From contig JBHGNT010000013.1 in assembly GCA_043228905.1 (NCBI GenBank), forward strand, positions 1,302,001 through 1,366,000: a DNA stretch of 64,000 nucleotides. Direction: 5' to 3'. The DNA is from Azolla caroliniana (lineage: Eukaryota; Plantae; Polypodiophyta). The notes under the pieces were generated by a model. The model did no database searches. It worked only from the letters and a program-made list of their open reading frames with translations, and had not been told where the DNA came from. Shown here in pieces: positions 23,801 through 35,160 of the stretch. Within the stretch, counting starts at the first letter, position 1. Every line of letters starts with the position of its first letter. The position numbers and the translations under genes are program-made.

Positions 23801-25257
23801 GTAGAACAAGACAACTCGGATATTGATGGACACGAGGAAACAATCGAGAGGGATTGTTTTTTTACACATTGAATAAAATGCGTACAATCGTTCAGTACAA
23901 AAGAAATGGAATGTCGAACCCAATCAATAAATAAAGAAGAGTTTTTATTATAAAACCAGGGATAACCCAGTATTACATCGGTGGTACAAAGATTCATTAC
24001 ATGGAAGTCTACTTCCTCTATATAAGTATCAATAGAAATTCCTAATGAATGAATCGCCCCGTTGATGTATTGTACTCTTCCATCAGCCAAGTGCACCGTG
24101 TAGGTGTGATCATTTACGGTGGGTTGGATTCCCCATATCTGAACCAAACGATCATTCACAAAATTGTGTGAGCTTCCCGAATCAAATAAAAATTGTACGG
24201 GAGATCCATTGATATACCCGTTTGCACGTAGTAAATCATTGGGACCCAATACATAGTGAGGAAAAGAACATTGACAATTACTTAAATGGTGTGTATAGAC
24301 CTGAAGGACATTAGGAATCTGACCTTTATGGTCTACAGCTTTAGCTTTGTTGTCGTGCTCTTTCCGTTGGAGCTTTCGACATTGATCTTTTGTATGACCC
24401 TTCTTTTTGCAGAATACACAAAAAGGATGTTGTCGCTTACAATCGCGATCCAGGAATTCGTTGGGTGTCTTGCGTTTCCCAACAAATTGCGACTGCTTAG
24501 TCCCGGGCACTTCGTTGGGTTTGTTATGGTCCTTCTTCGAAGTGCGTTGATAGCGAAGAACTATTTCAACGGCCTCTTCGAAGGATTTTGGATCCTTATC
24601 GTGCACTATCCAGTGATAGTCCGAATTGGGGATGCCATTGACAAAACAAGCTATCAACCAATTGTCCCCTTCTAGACCCGATTTTTGGATTTGGGTTCTA
24701 GCATGGTGAACATAGTCTTCTAGCGAGGAAAATTTCCTGCTAGAGAGGTTCATTAAAGCTTGTGCTGCCTCGGTTCGAGAGGGAGGTTGCAGAAATTGGC
24801 CCTTAAAAACCGTGACAAAATCTGTCCAGGTATCGGGCAATTTCCCCATAGTACGGAGGCCACGCCACCAGGCGGCGGTCTTACCCCCGAGTTCTCGGCC
24901 GACATATGCAATCTTCGTACTATCTGGCGTGGGATAGAGCTCAAAATGAGACTCCCATCGTCCCAGCCATGTGCAGATTGCTTCTTCGGTTCTTTCCTTT
25001 TTGTCTCCCGTAAATGGCTTAACGACAAATGATGGTTCACCTTGTCGCTCATCAGGTCTATTAGTCTCACGTTGTAGACTAATGACACGTGCCTCAAGAG
25101 CACTCTGAGATTGCCGAAGTTCGGTCATCTGTTGAGCGGTGAAACTAAGGTATTGGGTTATTTGTGCCAAATACATCTCAGTGGACATTTGTCCAGGAGG
25201 ATTCCCTTGAGTTCCTTCCGCTTGAGCGGATGACATCGGGTCGTTAATTTGAGCCAT
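20848..25257 (-). CDS. Single-ORF Gag-Pol polyprotein with chromodomain (1469 aa)
   Basis: [18 protein letters not shown]; protease [10 protein letters not shown]; [10 protein letters not shown] and FLDD; RNase H ETDASDY; integrase HHCC, SMDF, SDRD, QTERVN, GPF; chromodomain PERILD...IKW...ATWE. Confidence 0.97.
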   Translation of the reverse strand: MAQINDPMSSAQAEGTQGNPPGQMSTEMYLAQITQYLSFTAQQMTELRQSQSALEARVISLQRETNRPDERQGEPSFVVKPFTGDKKERTEEAICTWLGRWESHFELYPTPDSTKIAYVGRELGGKTAAWWRGLRTMGKLPDTWTDFVTVFKGQFLQPPSRTEAAQALMNLSSRKFSSLEDYVHHARTQIQKSGLEGDNWLIACFVNGIPNSDYHWIVHDKDPKSFEEAVEIVLRYQRTSKKDHNKPNEVPGTKQSQFVGKRKTPNEFLDRDCKRQHPFCVFCKKKGHTKDQCRKLQRKEHDNKAKAVDHKGQIPNVLQVYTHHLSNCQCSFPHYVLGPNDLLRANGYINGSPVQFLFDSGSSHNFVNDRLVQIWGIQPTVNDHTYTVHLADGRVQYINGAIHSLGISIDTYIEEVDFHVMNLCTTDVILGYPWFYNKNSSLFIDWVRHSISFVLNDCTHFIQCVKKQSLSIVSSCPSISELSCSTLFYCVLDPDIHVYNIDNVPIQLTYFEQQQLDEILNDFHDVFPSELPDGLPPKRNIDHRIDIVPGVAPISIPPYRLSRSEEDEVSKQLKDYLRMGYIRYSKSPWGAPVLLVKKKEGTWRMCINYRRLNKVTIKNSYPLPRADDLIDRLQGARYFTKLDLRTGYHQIRISEDDVPKTAFRTRYGHYEFLVMPFGLTNAPATFQQEMNDIFREQLGKFVVIFLDDILVYSRTLQEHARHVRFVLQTLRDKQFYAKISKCEFFKKSITYLGHLITERGVEIDPSRIEKIKLWPTLRNIREVRSFLGFVGFLRKSLRNYSQLTTPFTDLLKGQTRKSTKPIVWNATLDLAFKELKDLVCKAPSLLLPDPSKPFEVETDASDYAIGAVLYQDGKPIAFESKKLDSAQCRYTVQEKELFAVIHALKTWRHYLYGNHFVVTTNHESLKYFCDQQDLKGRKARWADLIQDFDFSIRYRKGSMNTVADALSRIREVNMLSFTEISSDLYDHLRGKYPDDSYFAKYWARVESGTDTTTSSKEYFHIANGLLYRNGKVCLPDLPEVKKRILFECHDAPSAGHPGIHRTLVLISTQFYWPKMRPYIHSYVTKCHQCQVNKAERLKAAGLLHPLDIPNNKWESISMDFIVSLPRTQKGHDAIWVVVDRLTKMARFIATKTTVTAPELAYQFVDELFRFYGLPMDIVSDRDPKFTSDFWTQVFKKLETTLSMSSTDHPQSDGQTERVNQIIEDMLRAYVGAKPTKWERYLPILEFAYNSSKHTSTGYSPFMLMYGFQPRAPIDVTIHHDELRSTQNFLRDMQDMLHIARDNIKTAQDRARFYADHHRQPRVFNPGQKVFLRVPHNSKTLSTGKCAKLAPRFCGPFTVLKRIGSSAYRLALPDGVGIHPVFHVSRLKELLGSGDNTVTTETLVTSEELSSKPHVPERILDVKTKKLRTKEIREFKIKWMDKSIKDATWERENTLRTNFPNFPLQECNVL

Positions 25258-26445
25258 TAAAGATTATTTCTGGAAAAGAAATAGGATAAGGTCAGAGATA
25301 TAGTCATAACATCTTGTCGTGATGTAAACATATCATGGGCGAGCATTAATCGATATCATTATCTCACGTCAATACCCCTCTAGACGTATGAGATGAGGTT
25401 CAAGATCAGGTTACTATGGTAACACAAAGGTGTTTTAAAAACCATGGGGGTGACAAATAAATGTCTTTCCCTGATCTTTATATCGATTTTTTCATGGTGG
25501 CTCCCCGAGGCTCAACCATGTATGTTCGCGTCATGAATAGTTTATACACGAAAAAAAATGTTAACAATAAACTATGTTTCGGTGCCCACATAAGTGGTTT
25601 CGGCTCTTTAAGTCCTATTACGAGGACCCCGAGGTGCACTTAGACCTTAAGTCTAAACATGTGTTATAGTCATATGTATCAAGGATGTTGTATGGTCTTG
25701 GTCATATTTGAACTCGAGACCTCGAGAACAAATACATTAAACACTTGAGCCAACCAAGTAAGTTGCTCTTCTCGAATGCTTAATGTTTGATGCGTATAAG
25801 AGATATGCGAGGCAATTGATCATATACGTTTTTTTAAAAGAACATATATGTCAAGGGTCCTTATTTCGCCCTCATTTACCAACACTATGTTGGTACGTTA
25901 CCTAACCTCAAGTCTCGTAATTACGATGGCATACGCCAAAGTGCAACCTAATGGTGAAGCCAAATGAGCCCTCGTTTCGTAGTAGGCTCACGTGGGCCAT
26001 CACATGGTCACGTCATTACGAATGCCTCTCGTAAGAACGAGCTCATGGTGGCATCGTATCCATGTAACGAGGGAAGGATGTTGGATACGTGCGTCATTGG
26101 AGCGACCTCACTTGAAGTGGGTCAAGCCCTACGTACTCAACATCATTATGGCTATTGCGTTTCTTTACGTAACGAAATCGAGGTCATCAACGGGGTTATC
26201 AACAATAAAAAATTGTTGAAAAAGGAATGGTGACAACGCCATTCTCACAAAAATGTGAGGACGGCCACCAACATCCTTTTCCCGACCATGACAACTTTCG
26301 ACATAATCACGTAATAACGAATATACACATATGTTTACTTTTCACATATATACGATCAAATACGTATATATGTGACCACATATGCCTATATTAAACATAT
26401 CGTTATATTAAATAGCCACAAATGATGTGATCGAGATACGTAATC

Positions 26446-26695
26446 GAGGTATATACCTCTACGCACACGAAACATCCACAAATAAGAGATCATCGTAATA
26501 CGCAATGGAGGTATTGACCTCTTACGCATACGAGACCAAACGCATATCGTTTACAACAAATTAAGGTATTAAACTCATACGCAAACGTAACATATGTTCG
26601 TGAACGTAATACGTAATTGAGGTATTAACCTCGTACGCATACGACACTCATCACATATTATTAATATGTCAAACGAGGTATTGACCTCGTGCACA
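26446..26695. repeat. Five ~56-bp-spaced GAGGT-N4-ACCTC hairpin motifs in the family A leader
   Basis: Copies near 26446, 26508, 26564, 26620 and 26675; also present in A2 at ~27428-27675. Confidence 0.8.
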
Positions 26696-26933
26696 TATGT
26701 AAACGTTTTAGATAATCAATTAAAGACCACTACAACATCATTGATTTAATGAAAAAAATTACATATAAACTAAACACATGATTAGATGGGAGAAGAGAGA
26801 ATAGAAAAAAAAATATGGAAAGAGTTACCGAAGTTCTTTGTTGATCGTTGTCTGGATCAAGGCCAACCGCACAATGATCGATCAGCATCAATCAAAAGAC
26901 AAATGAAAAACAAAGAAACATTAGTAAAAAAAA

Positions 26934-26943
26934 TCTGATACCA
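26934..26943 (-). promoter_or_regulatory. PBS, tRNA-iMet, shortened to 10 nt (A3)
   Basis: TGGTATCAGA followed by a T-run, 2 nt from the LTR. Confidence 0.88.
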
Positions 26944-26945
26944 AA

Positions 26946-27400
26946 TATTATAGATCATAGTACTAATGTAAGCTTAAGATAAGGATAATGAAAAGATAGA
27001 TAGAAAGGAGAAAGAGAAAGAAGGGTGCCGATCCACCCGACCACCCCCGAGCGAAGGGATCGAGACGGACTCGAGCCTCGATCGGCGTCCCATACCACCG
27101 CCGTGGCGTCGAGTCGTACCTGGTGCTGCCGCGCTCGCTACAAGAGTTGACCCACCACACGAGCAGAGTCTCGATGTAGTCACAAGATCCTCAAATGAGG
27201 GTAGCTAGGCCTCTTATTTATAGCGAAACCCAAGGCCCCCAGGCAAGTTCACACTTGACCTAATGGGTTGTCTCAATCCCGAGGATTAAAAGTAATCCTC
27301 CCCTTCTTTACACTCTCATTTAACCCTCACACTTATCCACGTGTATAGAATACTACGGTAAATTCTTACCACGGGATATTATATGGTCATGCCCGTAACA
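26946..27400 (-). repeat. 5' LTR of A3
   Basis: Direct repeat of 20383-20837. Confidence 0.97.
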
Positions 27401-28848
27401 ACTACGACAACGTTTACATATGTGTATGAGGTCAATACCTCATTTGACGTATATTGAATATGTGATGAGTGTTGTATGCGCACGAGGTTAATACCTCAAT
27501 TGCGTATTACGCTCACAAACATATGTTATGTTTGGGTATGAGGTCAATACCTCGATTTCATTGTAAATGATATGCGTTTGGTCTCGTATGCGTAAGAGGT
27601 CAACATCTCAATTGCGTATTACGATTAACCCTTATTTTTTGATGTCTCGTGTGCGTAGAGGTATATGCCTCGATTACGTCATTTTTGGCTATTAAATATA
27701 ATGATTTGTTAAATATAGGCATATGTGGTCACGTGTATACGTAGTTGATCGTATATATGTGATAATATACATATGTATATATAAGTTATTACGTAATTTT
27801 AAATCAAATGCTTTCCTTTTCGGGGAAAGGATCTTGGTGGCCATCCTCACATTTTTGTGAGAATAGCGTTGTCACCATCCCTTTTCTCAACAATTGTTTA
27901 TTGTTGAAATCCCCATTGGTGACTTCGATATTTCGTTATGTAAAGAAACGCCTATAGCCATAATGATGTTGAGTACGTAGGGCTTGACCCACTTCATGTG
28001 AGGTTGCTCCTATGACACACGTATCCAACATCCCCCTCATTACATGGATACGATACCACCATGAGATCATTGTTACGAGAGGCATTCGTAATGACGTGAC
28101 CATGTCATGGGCCACGTGGGCCTACTACAAAAAGAGGGCTCATTTGGCTTGACCATTAGGTTGCACTTTGGCGTATGCCATCGTAATTACGAGACTTGAG
28201 GTTAGGTAATGTACCAACATAGTTGTAGTAAATGAGGGTGAAATAAGGACTCTTGACATATATGTTTCTTTTAAAAAAACATATATGGGCACATGCCTTG
28301 CATATCTCTTATACGAATGAAACATTAAACATTCAAAGAAGAGCAATCTAGTTGGTTGGCTCAAGTGTTTACTGTATTTGTTCTCGAGGTCTTGAGTTCA
28401 AATATGACCAAGACCATGCAACATCGTTGATACATATGACTATAACACATGTTTAGACTTGAGGTCTAAGTGCACTTCGGGGTCCTCGTAATAAGACTTA
28501 AAGAGCCGAAACCACATATGTGGGCATCGAAACATAGTTTACTGTTAACATTTTTATTCGTGTATAAACTATTCATGACGCGAACATACATGGTTGAGCC
28601 TCGGGGAGCTGCCATGAAAAAATCGATATAGAGATAAGGGAAAGACAATAAATTGTCACCCCCATGGTTTTTAAAACACCTTTGTGTTACCATAGTAACC
28701 TGATCTTGAACCTCATCTCATACGTCTAGAGGGGTATGTGAGATAATGATATCGATTAATGTTCGCCCATGATATGTTTATATCACAACATGATGTTATG
28801 ACTATCTCTCTGACCTTATCCTATTTCTTTTCCAGAAATAATCATTTA

Positions 28849-31800
28849 ATGGCTCAAAATAACGACCCGATGTCATCTGCTCAAGCGGAAGGAACTCAAG
28901 GAAATCCTCCTGGAAAAATGTCCATTGAGATGTACTTTAACCCAATACCTTAGTTTCACTGCTCAATAGATGACCGAACTTCGGCAATCTCAAAGTGCTC
29001 TCGATGCACGTGTCATTAGTTTACAACGTGAGACTAATAGACCTGATGAGCGACAGGGTGAACCATCATTTGTCGTTAAGCCATTTATGGGAGAAGAAAA
29101 GGAAAGAACCGAAGAAGCAATCTGCACGTGGCTGGGCCGATGGGAGTCTCATTTTGAGCTATATCCCACGCTATATAGTACGAAGATTGCATATGTCGGC
29201 CGAGAACTAGGGGGTAAGGCCGCCGCCTGGTGGCGTGGGCTCCGTACTTTGGGGAAATTGCCCGATACCTTGACAAATTTTGTCACAATTTTCAAGGGCC
29301 AATTTCTACAACCTCCCTCTCGAACTGAGGCAGCACAAGCTTTAATGAACCTCTCTAGCAGGAAGTTTTCCTTGCTAGAAAACTATGTCCACCATGCTAG
29401 AACCCAAATCGAGAAATCGGGTCTAGAGGGGGACAATTGGTTAATAGCTTGTTTTGTCAATGGCATCCCTAATTCGGACTATCACTGGATAATGCACGAT
29501 AAGGATCCAAAATCCTTCGAAGAGGCCGTTGAAATAGTTCTTGGCTATCAACGCACTTTGAAGAAGGACCACAACAAACCCAACGAAGCGCCCGGAACTA
29601 AGCAGTCGCAATTTGCTGGGAAACGCAAGACACCCAACGAATTCATGGATCGCGATTGTAAGCGACAACATCCTTTTTGCGTATTCTGCAAAAGGAAGGG
29701 TCATACAAAAGAACAATGTCGAAAGCTCGAACGGAAAGAGCACGACAACAAAGCTAAAGCTGCAAACCATAAAGGTCAAATTCCTAATGTCCTTCAGGTC
29801 TATACACATCATTTAAGTAATTGTCAATGTTCTTTCCCTCACTATGTATTGGGTCCCAATGATTTACTACGTGCAAACGAGTATATCAATGGATCTCCCC
29901 TACAATTTTTGTTTGATTCGAGAAACTCACACAACTTTGGTTCAGATATGGGGAGTCCAACCCACCGTAAGTGATCACACCTATACGGTGCACTTGGCTG
30001 ATGGAAGAGTACAATACATCAACGGGGCGATTCATTCATTAGGAATTTCTATTGACACTTATATAGAGGAAGTAGACTTCCATGTAATGAATCTTTGTAC
30101 CACTGATGTAATACTGGGTTATCCTTGGTTCTATAATAAAAACTCTTCTTTATCAATTGATTGGGTTTATCATTCAATTACATTTGTACTAAACGACTGT
30201 ACTCATTTTATTCAATGTGTAAGAAAACAATCCCTCTCGATTGTTTCCTCTCCATCAATATCCGAGTTGTCTTGTTCTACTCTATTTTATTGTGTACTTG
30301 ATCCAGACATTCACGTTTACAATATCGACAATGTCTCAGTTCAATTAACATATTTTGAACAACAACAACTTGATGAAATCTTAAATGATTTTCGTGATGT
30401 TTTTCCGAGTGAACTACCAGATGGGTTACCTCCTAAACGTAATATAGACCATCGTATAGATATTGTACCTGGCGTTGCACCAATATGTATACCTCCTTAT
30501 CGCTTAAGTCGATCCGAAGAGGATGAGGTATCTAAGCAACTCAAGGACTATTTATGAATGGGTTATATACGTTATAGTAAATCTCCATGGGGTGCACTAG
30601 TTCTCTTGGTTAAAAAGAAAGAGGGCACATGGCGTATGTGTATTCATTACCGATGCTTGAATAAAGTGACGATCAAGAATTCGTATCCATTGCCCCGGGC
30701 TGACGATCTAATTGATCGTCTCCAGGGAGCTCGGTATTTTATGAAACTTGCTCTCCGTACTGGCTACCATCAAATTCGTATAAGTGAGGACGATGTTCCT
30801 AAAACAACATTTCGTACACGCTATGGCCATTATGAGTTTTTGGTTTGACCAATGCTCCGGCTACATTTCAACAAGAAATGAATGACATTTTCTGAAAACA
30901 ACTTGGAAAATTTGTCGTTATTTTCTTGGATGATATTTTAGTTTATAGACGTACATTACAAGAACATGCTAAACATGTCCGCTTTGTTTTACAAACATTG
31001 CGTGACAAACAATTTTATGGAAAGATCTCAAAATGTGAGTTCTTCAAGAAATCAATTACTTATCTTGGACATCTCATAACCGAACGAGGAGTTGAAATTG
31101 ATCCTTCTCGCATCGAGAAAATCAAGCTTTGGCCCACTCTTCGGAATATTCGAGAAGTTCGATCATTCCTTGGTTTTGTCGGGTTTTTGTGACAAACCCT
31201 TCGTAATTACTCCCAATTGATGACGCCGTTTACTGATCTTTTAAAAGGTCAAACGTGTAAGTCTACAAAACCTATTGTCTGGAATGCTACACTAGACCTC
31301 GCCTTTAAGGAACTCAAGGACCTGGTTTGCAAGGATCCTTCACTTCTTTTACCCGATCCTTCAAAACCTTTTGAGGTTGAAACCAATGCAAGCGATTATG
31401 CTATAGGTGATGTCTTATATCAAGATGGTAAACCAATAGCATTCGAGAGTAAGAAACTTGATTCTGCTCAATGTCGGTATACCGTTCAAGAAAAGGAATT
31501 ATTTGCAATTATACATGCACTCAAAACATGGCGCCATTATCTTTATGGAAATCGCTTTGTGGTAACTATAGACCACGAGTCCTTGAAATATTTTTGTGAC
31601 CAACAAGACCTGAAAGGTCGTAAGGCACGATGCGCTGATCTCATCCAAGACTTTGATTTTTCCATACGATATCGTAAAGGTTCCATGAACACTGTCGTTG
31701 ATGCACTAAGTTGCATCCATGAAGTTAACATGCTTAGCTTTACTGAAATATCATTAGATCTTTATGATCACCTTTGAGGGAAGTATCTTGATGACAGTTA

Positions 31801-33227
31801 TTTCGCAAAATACTAGGCAACAGTTGAGACTGGAACTGACACCACCACATCCTTGAAGGAATACTTCCACATTGCTAACGGTCTGCTCTACCGTAATGGG
31901 AAGGTTTGTGTTCCAGATTTACTCGAGGTCAAAAAGAGGATTTCTTTTTTAATGCCTTGATGCACCCTAGAATACATCGTACACTCGTTCTCATCTCCAC
32001 TCAATTCTATTGGCCTAAGATGTGCCCTGACGTACATAGCTATGTGACTAAATGTCACCAATGTCAGGTTAACAAAGCCAATCGACTTAAAGACACAAAA
32101 CTTTTACATCCCTTGGACATTCCCAATAATAAGTGGGAAAGTATATCCATGGATTTTATTGTTAGCCTTCCTCGCACCCAAAAAGGCCATGATGCCATCT
32201 GGGTTGTGGTTGATAGACTAACTAAAATGGCCAGATTTATTGCTACTAAAACCACGGTAACAACTCATGAATTGGCTTACTACTTCGTTGACGAGTTATT
32301 TCATTTTTATGGGTTACCGAGGGTATTGTGAGTGATTGAGATCCAAAGTTTACTAGTGACTTTTGGATGCAAGTCTTCAAGAAGTTAGAAACTACATTGA
32401 GCATGAGCTCCACGTATCATCCTCAATCCGATGGACAAACAGAACGAGTAAATCAAATTATTGAGGACATGCTTCGAGCATACGTTGGAACAAAACCAAG
32501 AAAATGGGAACGTTATCTCCCAATTTTGGAGTTTGTTTATAACAGCTCCAAGCATACGTCGACGAGATATAGTCCTTTTATGTTGATGTATGGTTTTCAG
32601 CCACGAGCCCTGATTGATGTTAATATACATCATGATGAGTTGCGAAGTACGCAAAACTTTCTTCAGGATATGCAAGATATGTTACATATTGCACGAGATA
32701 ATATAAAAACAGCTCAAGATAGAGTGCGTTTTTATGCCGATCATAATAGGCAACCTCGTATATTCAACCCTGGACAGAAGGTATTTTCACGTGTACCTCA
32801 TAATTCTAAGACATTGTCTAAGGGTAACTGCGCTAAGTTAGCCCCACGGTTTTGTGGACCATTTACAATCCTCAAACGCATTGGGTTATCAGCCTATTGT
32901 CTCGCTCTTCCCGATGGTGTTGAAATTCATCCTGTTTTTCATGTGAGTCGTCTAAAAGAACTTTAGGTTTTGGCGCAATACAGTTACAACTGAAACTCTG
33001 GTTACTTCTGAAGAATTATCTTCTAAACCACATGTACCAGAAAGAATTCTCGATGTTAAAACAAAAAATTACGTACTAAAGAAATCCAAGAATTTAAAAT
33101 AAAATGGATGGATAAATCAATAAAAGATGCCACATGGGAACACGAAAATACTCTAAGAAGTAACTTCCCTAACGTTCCATTGGAAGAGTGCAATGTTTTA
33201 AAGAGGGGGAGTATGTTACGGGCATGA
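28849..33227 (+). pseudogene. A2 gag-pol, decayed
   Basis: Colinear with the 1469-aa ORF but broken by many stops and indels. Confidence 0.95.
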
Positions 33228-33677
33228 CCATATAATATCCCGTGGTGAGGATTTACCGTAGTATTCTATACACGTGGATAAGTGTGAGGGTTAAACGAGA
33301 GTGTAAAGAAGGGGAGGATTACTTTTTAATCCTCGGGATTGAGACAACCCATTAGGCCAAGTGTGAACTTGCCTAGGGGCCTTGGGTATCGCTATAAATA
33401 AGAGGCCTAGCTACCCTCATTTCATCATCTTGTTGACTACGTCGAAACTTTGTCTTGTGGTGGGTCGACTCTTGTAGCGAGCGCGCCAGCACCAGGTACG
33501 ACTCGACGCCACAGCGGTGGTATGGGACGCCGATCGAGGCTTGAGTCCGTCTCGATCCCTTCGCTTGGGGGTGGTCGGGTGGATCGGCACCCTTCTTTCT
33601 CTCTCTCCTTTCTAGATCTATCTATTCATCTATATTCTATCCTTATCTAATGCTTACATTAGTTCATGTCTCTTATA
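33214..33677 (+). repeat. 3' LTR of A2
   Basis: Repeat of 11925-12390, following the PPT. Confidence 0.93.
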
Positions 33678-34283
33678 ACCAATGCATGCATAACCGAGTT
33701 GCGTAGGGAACTAGCCGCAACAGAATATCAGGTCAGTATGGGTGAGGAAAAAGTCAGACCAATAAAAAAAGCCCATAAGGTCAAGAAACTATAGCTGGTA
33801 GCCGATGCCCTCAACAAAGGATGGAAGACCTGGTTAGCTTAGGTAGCCAAATTGCAACTCTTGCATGCCGACAAGGATAACAGGAAAGCATAAGGCCAAG
33901 GTTTCTTCAAGATGAGTGAAGAAGCCATTTTTGTAGTACAAGACGACCTCACTCTAGACTTGTACGAGCTTGCCGCCAATCATCGGGAGGAAATCACTTG
34001 ACTCATGGAGGAATTCGATGCCCATGATATCGGCACTTCTGTCAAGCTGGACAACTATGAATGTGAACGACGGCAACAGACTATCGAGCTCGGGGAACCA
34101 ACAGAATCGCCACCACAACCACCACTGACAGATAACGCTAACGGAGAAGAGGATAACACCATCGAAAACGACACTGAACCCGAATACGAAGAAGAACCGT
34201 CATTGTTTGCCATACTCCATGACGACGAAGAAGAAAATGACGACAACCAAGAGGACGACTCCGAACCGACAGGTCAAAAGTGA
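33678..34283 (+). pseudogene. Decayed coiled-coil/acidic ORF, C-terminal part
   Basis: Resumes after the A2 TSD and ends in the D/E-rich ORF 34005-34283. Confidence 0.55.
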
Positions 34284-34316
34284 GACAGTACCGTGGGTTC
34301 GACCGAGCAAGGCCTT

Positions 34317-34333
34317 GGTCCACGGGCGTGTCA
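34317..34333 (-). promoter_or_regulatory. Degenerate PBS, tRNA-Arg type (putative element F)
   Basis: TGACACGCCCGTGGACC resembles the Tat/Ogre-type Arg PBS TGGCACGCCC(A/G)GTGGGAC and abuts an LTR end. Confidence 0.55.
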
Positions 34334-34335
34334 AG

Positions 34336-34383
34336 TGTTGTTGGGTGAACGGCTCCACCCCCGTCCCAAGGGGGTTGAGCGTG

Positions 34384-34438
<55 letters not shown>

Positions 34439-34736
34439 CAAAACAATGTAGAGAGGCAAAACTTCTACTACTTTCATTCATGTCCCTATATAGGAACATT
34501 ACATTAGGGTTACAAATCAAGAAGATACAATGGGGTTTGTAGGTTAGTTATATAACCTTCCAACAACCTACCCACTTTACATATTTGCACACATTCACAT
34601 AAATGTGCATGTGTTTAATATATTAATATACTCATACTTATGTGCACATTTGCACATACACTGACACATGACTTTTAATACAAAAACTTCACTTATCTAT
34701 CCACATACCAATGCTTGTACACACTCATACACTTAC
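34336..34736 (-). repeat. 5' LTR of putative element F, main piece (remainder 54320-54335)
   Basis: Removing D (TSD CTTAC) gives a ~420-bp unit TGTTATCCGTGG...CCCAACA(ACA) with TATATA and a (CT)n tract. Left end is 34336 or 34339. Confidence 0.65.
34387..34437. repeat. (GA)n microsatellite
   Basis: About 25 GA units. Confidence 0.97.
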
Positions 34737-35148
34737 TGTCATGAATAGTACTAAGACAGAGAAGAAATTAGTACTAAGAGATGAATATTAGTACTGAGAG
34801 GAAAAGAGGGTGTAGAACACTCGAGAGAAGGAGAGAGAGAGAGAGAGAGAGAACGATGATGACAATGATATATTATGTGAAAGAATATACAAGGATGGCT
34901 AGGAGGCTTAAGACTGGCATTGAATCGGTTTGGTTCGAAATAATGCCTTGTGCCTCCTTTTATAGTGTTCTCAGGAGTACTCCTGAAGTTTCTAGAATGT
35001 TCCAGAGAAATCTGGAATATACATCAATTTTCGATAGTAAAACTTAAAGGAAAATAATATTCTTCGTATTACAACATATAGTCTAATGGTCAAGAGCTTG
35101 ACCCATGTAACATAAGGTCATGGGTTCGAGTTTTGCCATATCATGACA
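34737..35148 (-). repeat. 3' LTR of D
   Basis: TGTCATGA...TCATGACA ends; repeat of 53973-54314 with indels. Confidence 0.92.
35079..35133 (+). promoter_or_regulatory. tRNA-like Pol III A/B-box cassette in D LTR (antisense to element)
   Basis: TAGTCTAATGG (35079) and GGTTCGAGT (35123), 44 nt apart; also at 54246 and 54289. Confidence 0.6.
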
Positions 35149-35160
35149 CTATCCCCCATT

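Larger units (their letters stand above)
20383..27400 (-). mobile_element. Gypsy chromovirus A3, structurally intact and very young
   Basis: LTRs 20383-20837 and 26946-27400 with no difference seen. Perfect TSD ACTAC. PBS at 26934-26943. PPT at 20838-20850. Confidence 0.97.
12634..27409 (-). mobile_element. Non-chromodomain Gypsy element B (tRNA-Trp primed), inserted in the A2 leader
   Basis: 3' LTR at 12634-13339. 5' LTR split into 18913-19595, 20364-20382 and 27406-27409. 4-bp TSD ACGT at 12630-12633 and 27410-27413. PPT at 13340-13351. Confidence 0.93.
11925..33677 (+). mobile_element. Gypsy chromovirus A2 (decayed; hosts B)
   Basis: LTRs 11925-12390 and 33214-33677. TSD GCCAA/ACCAA. PBS TGGTATCAGAGC at 12393-12404. 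PPT at 33201-33213. Confidence 0.93.
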
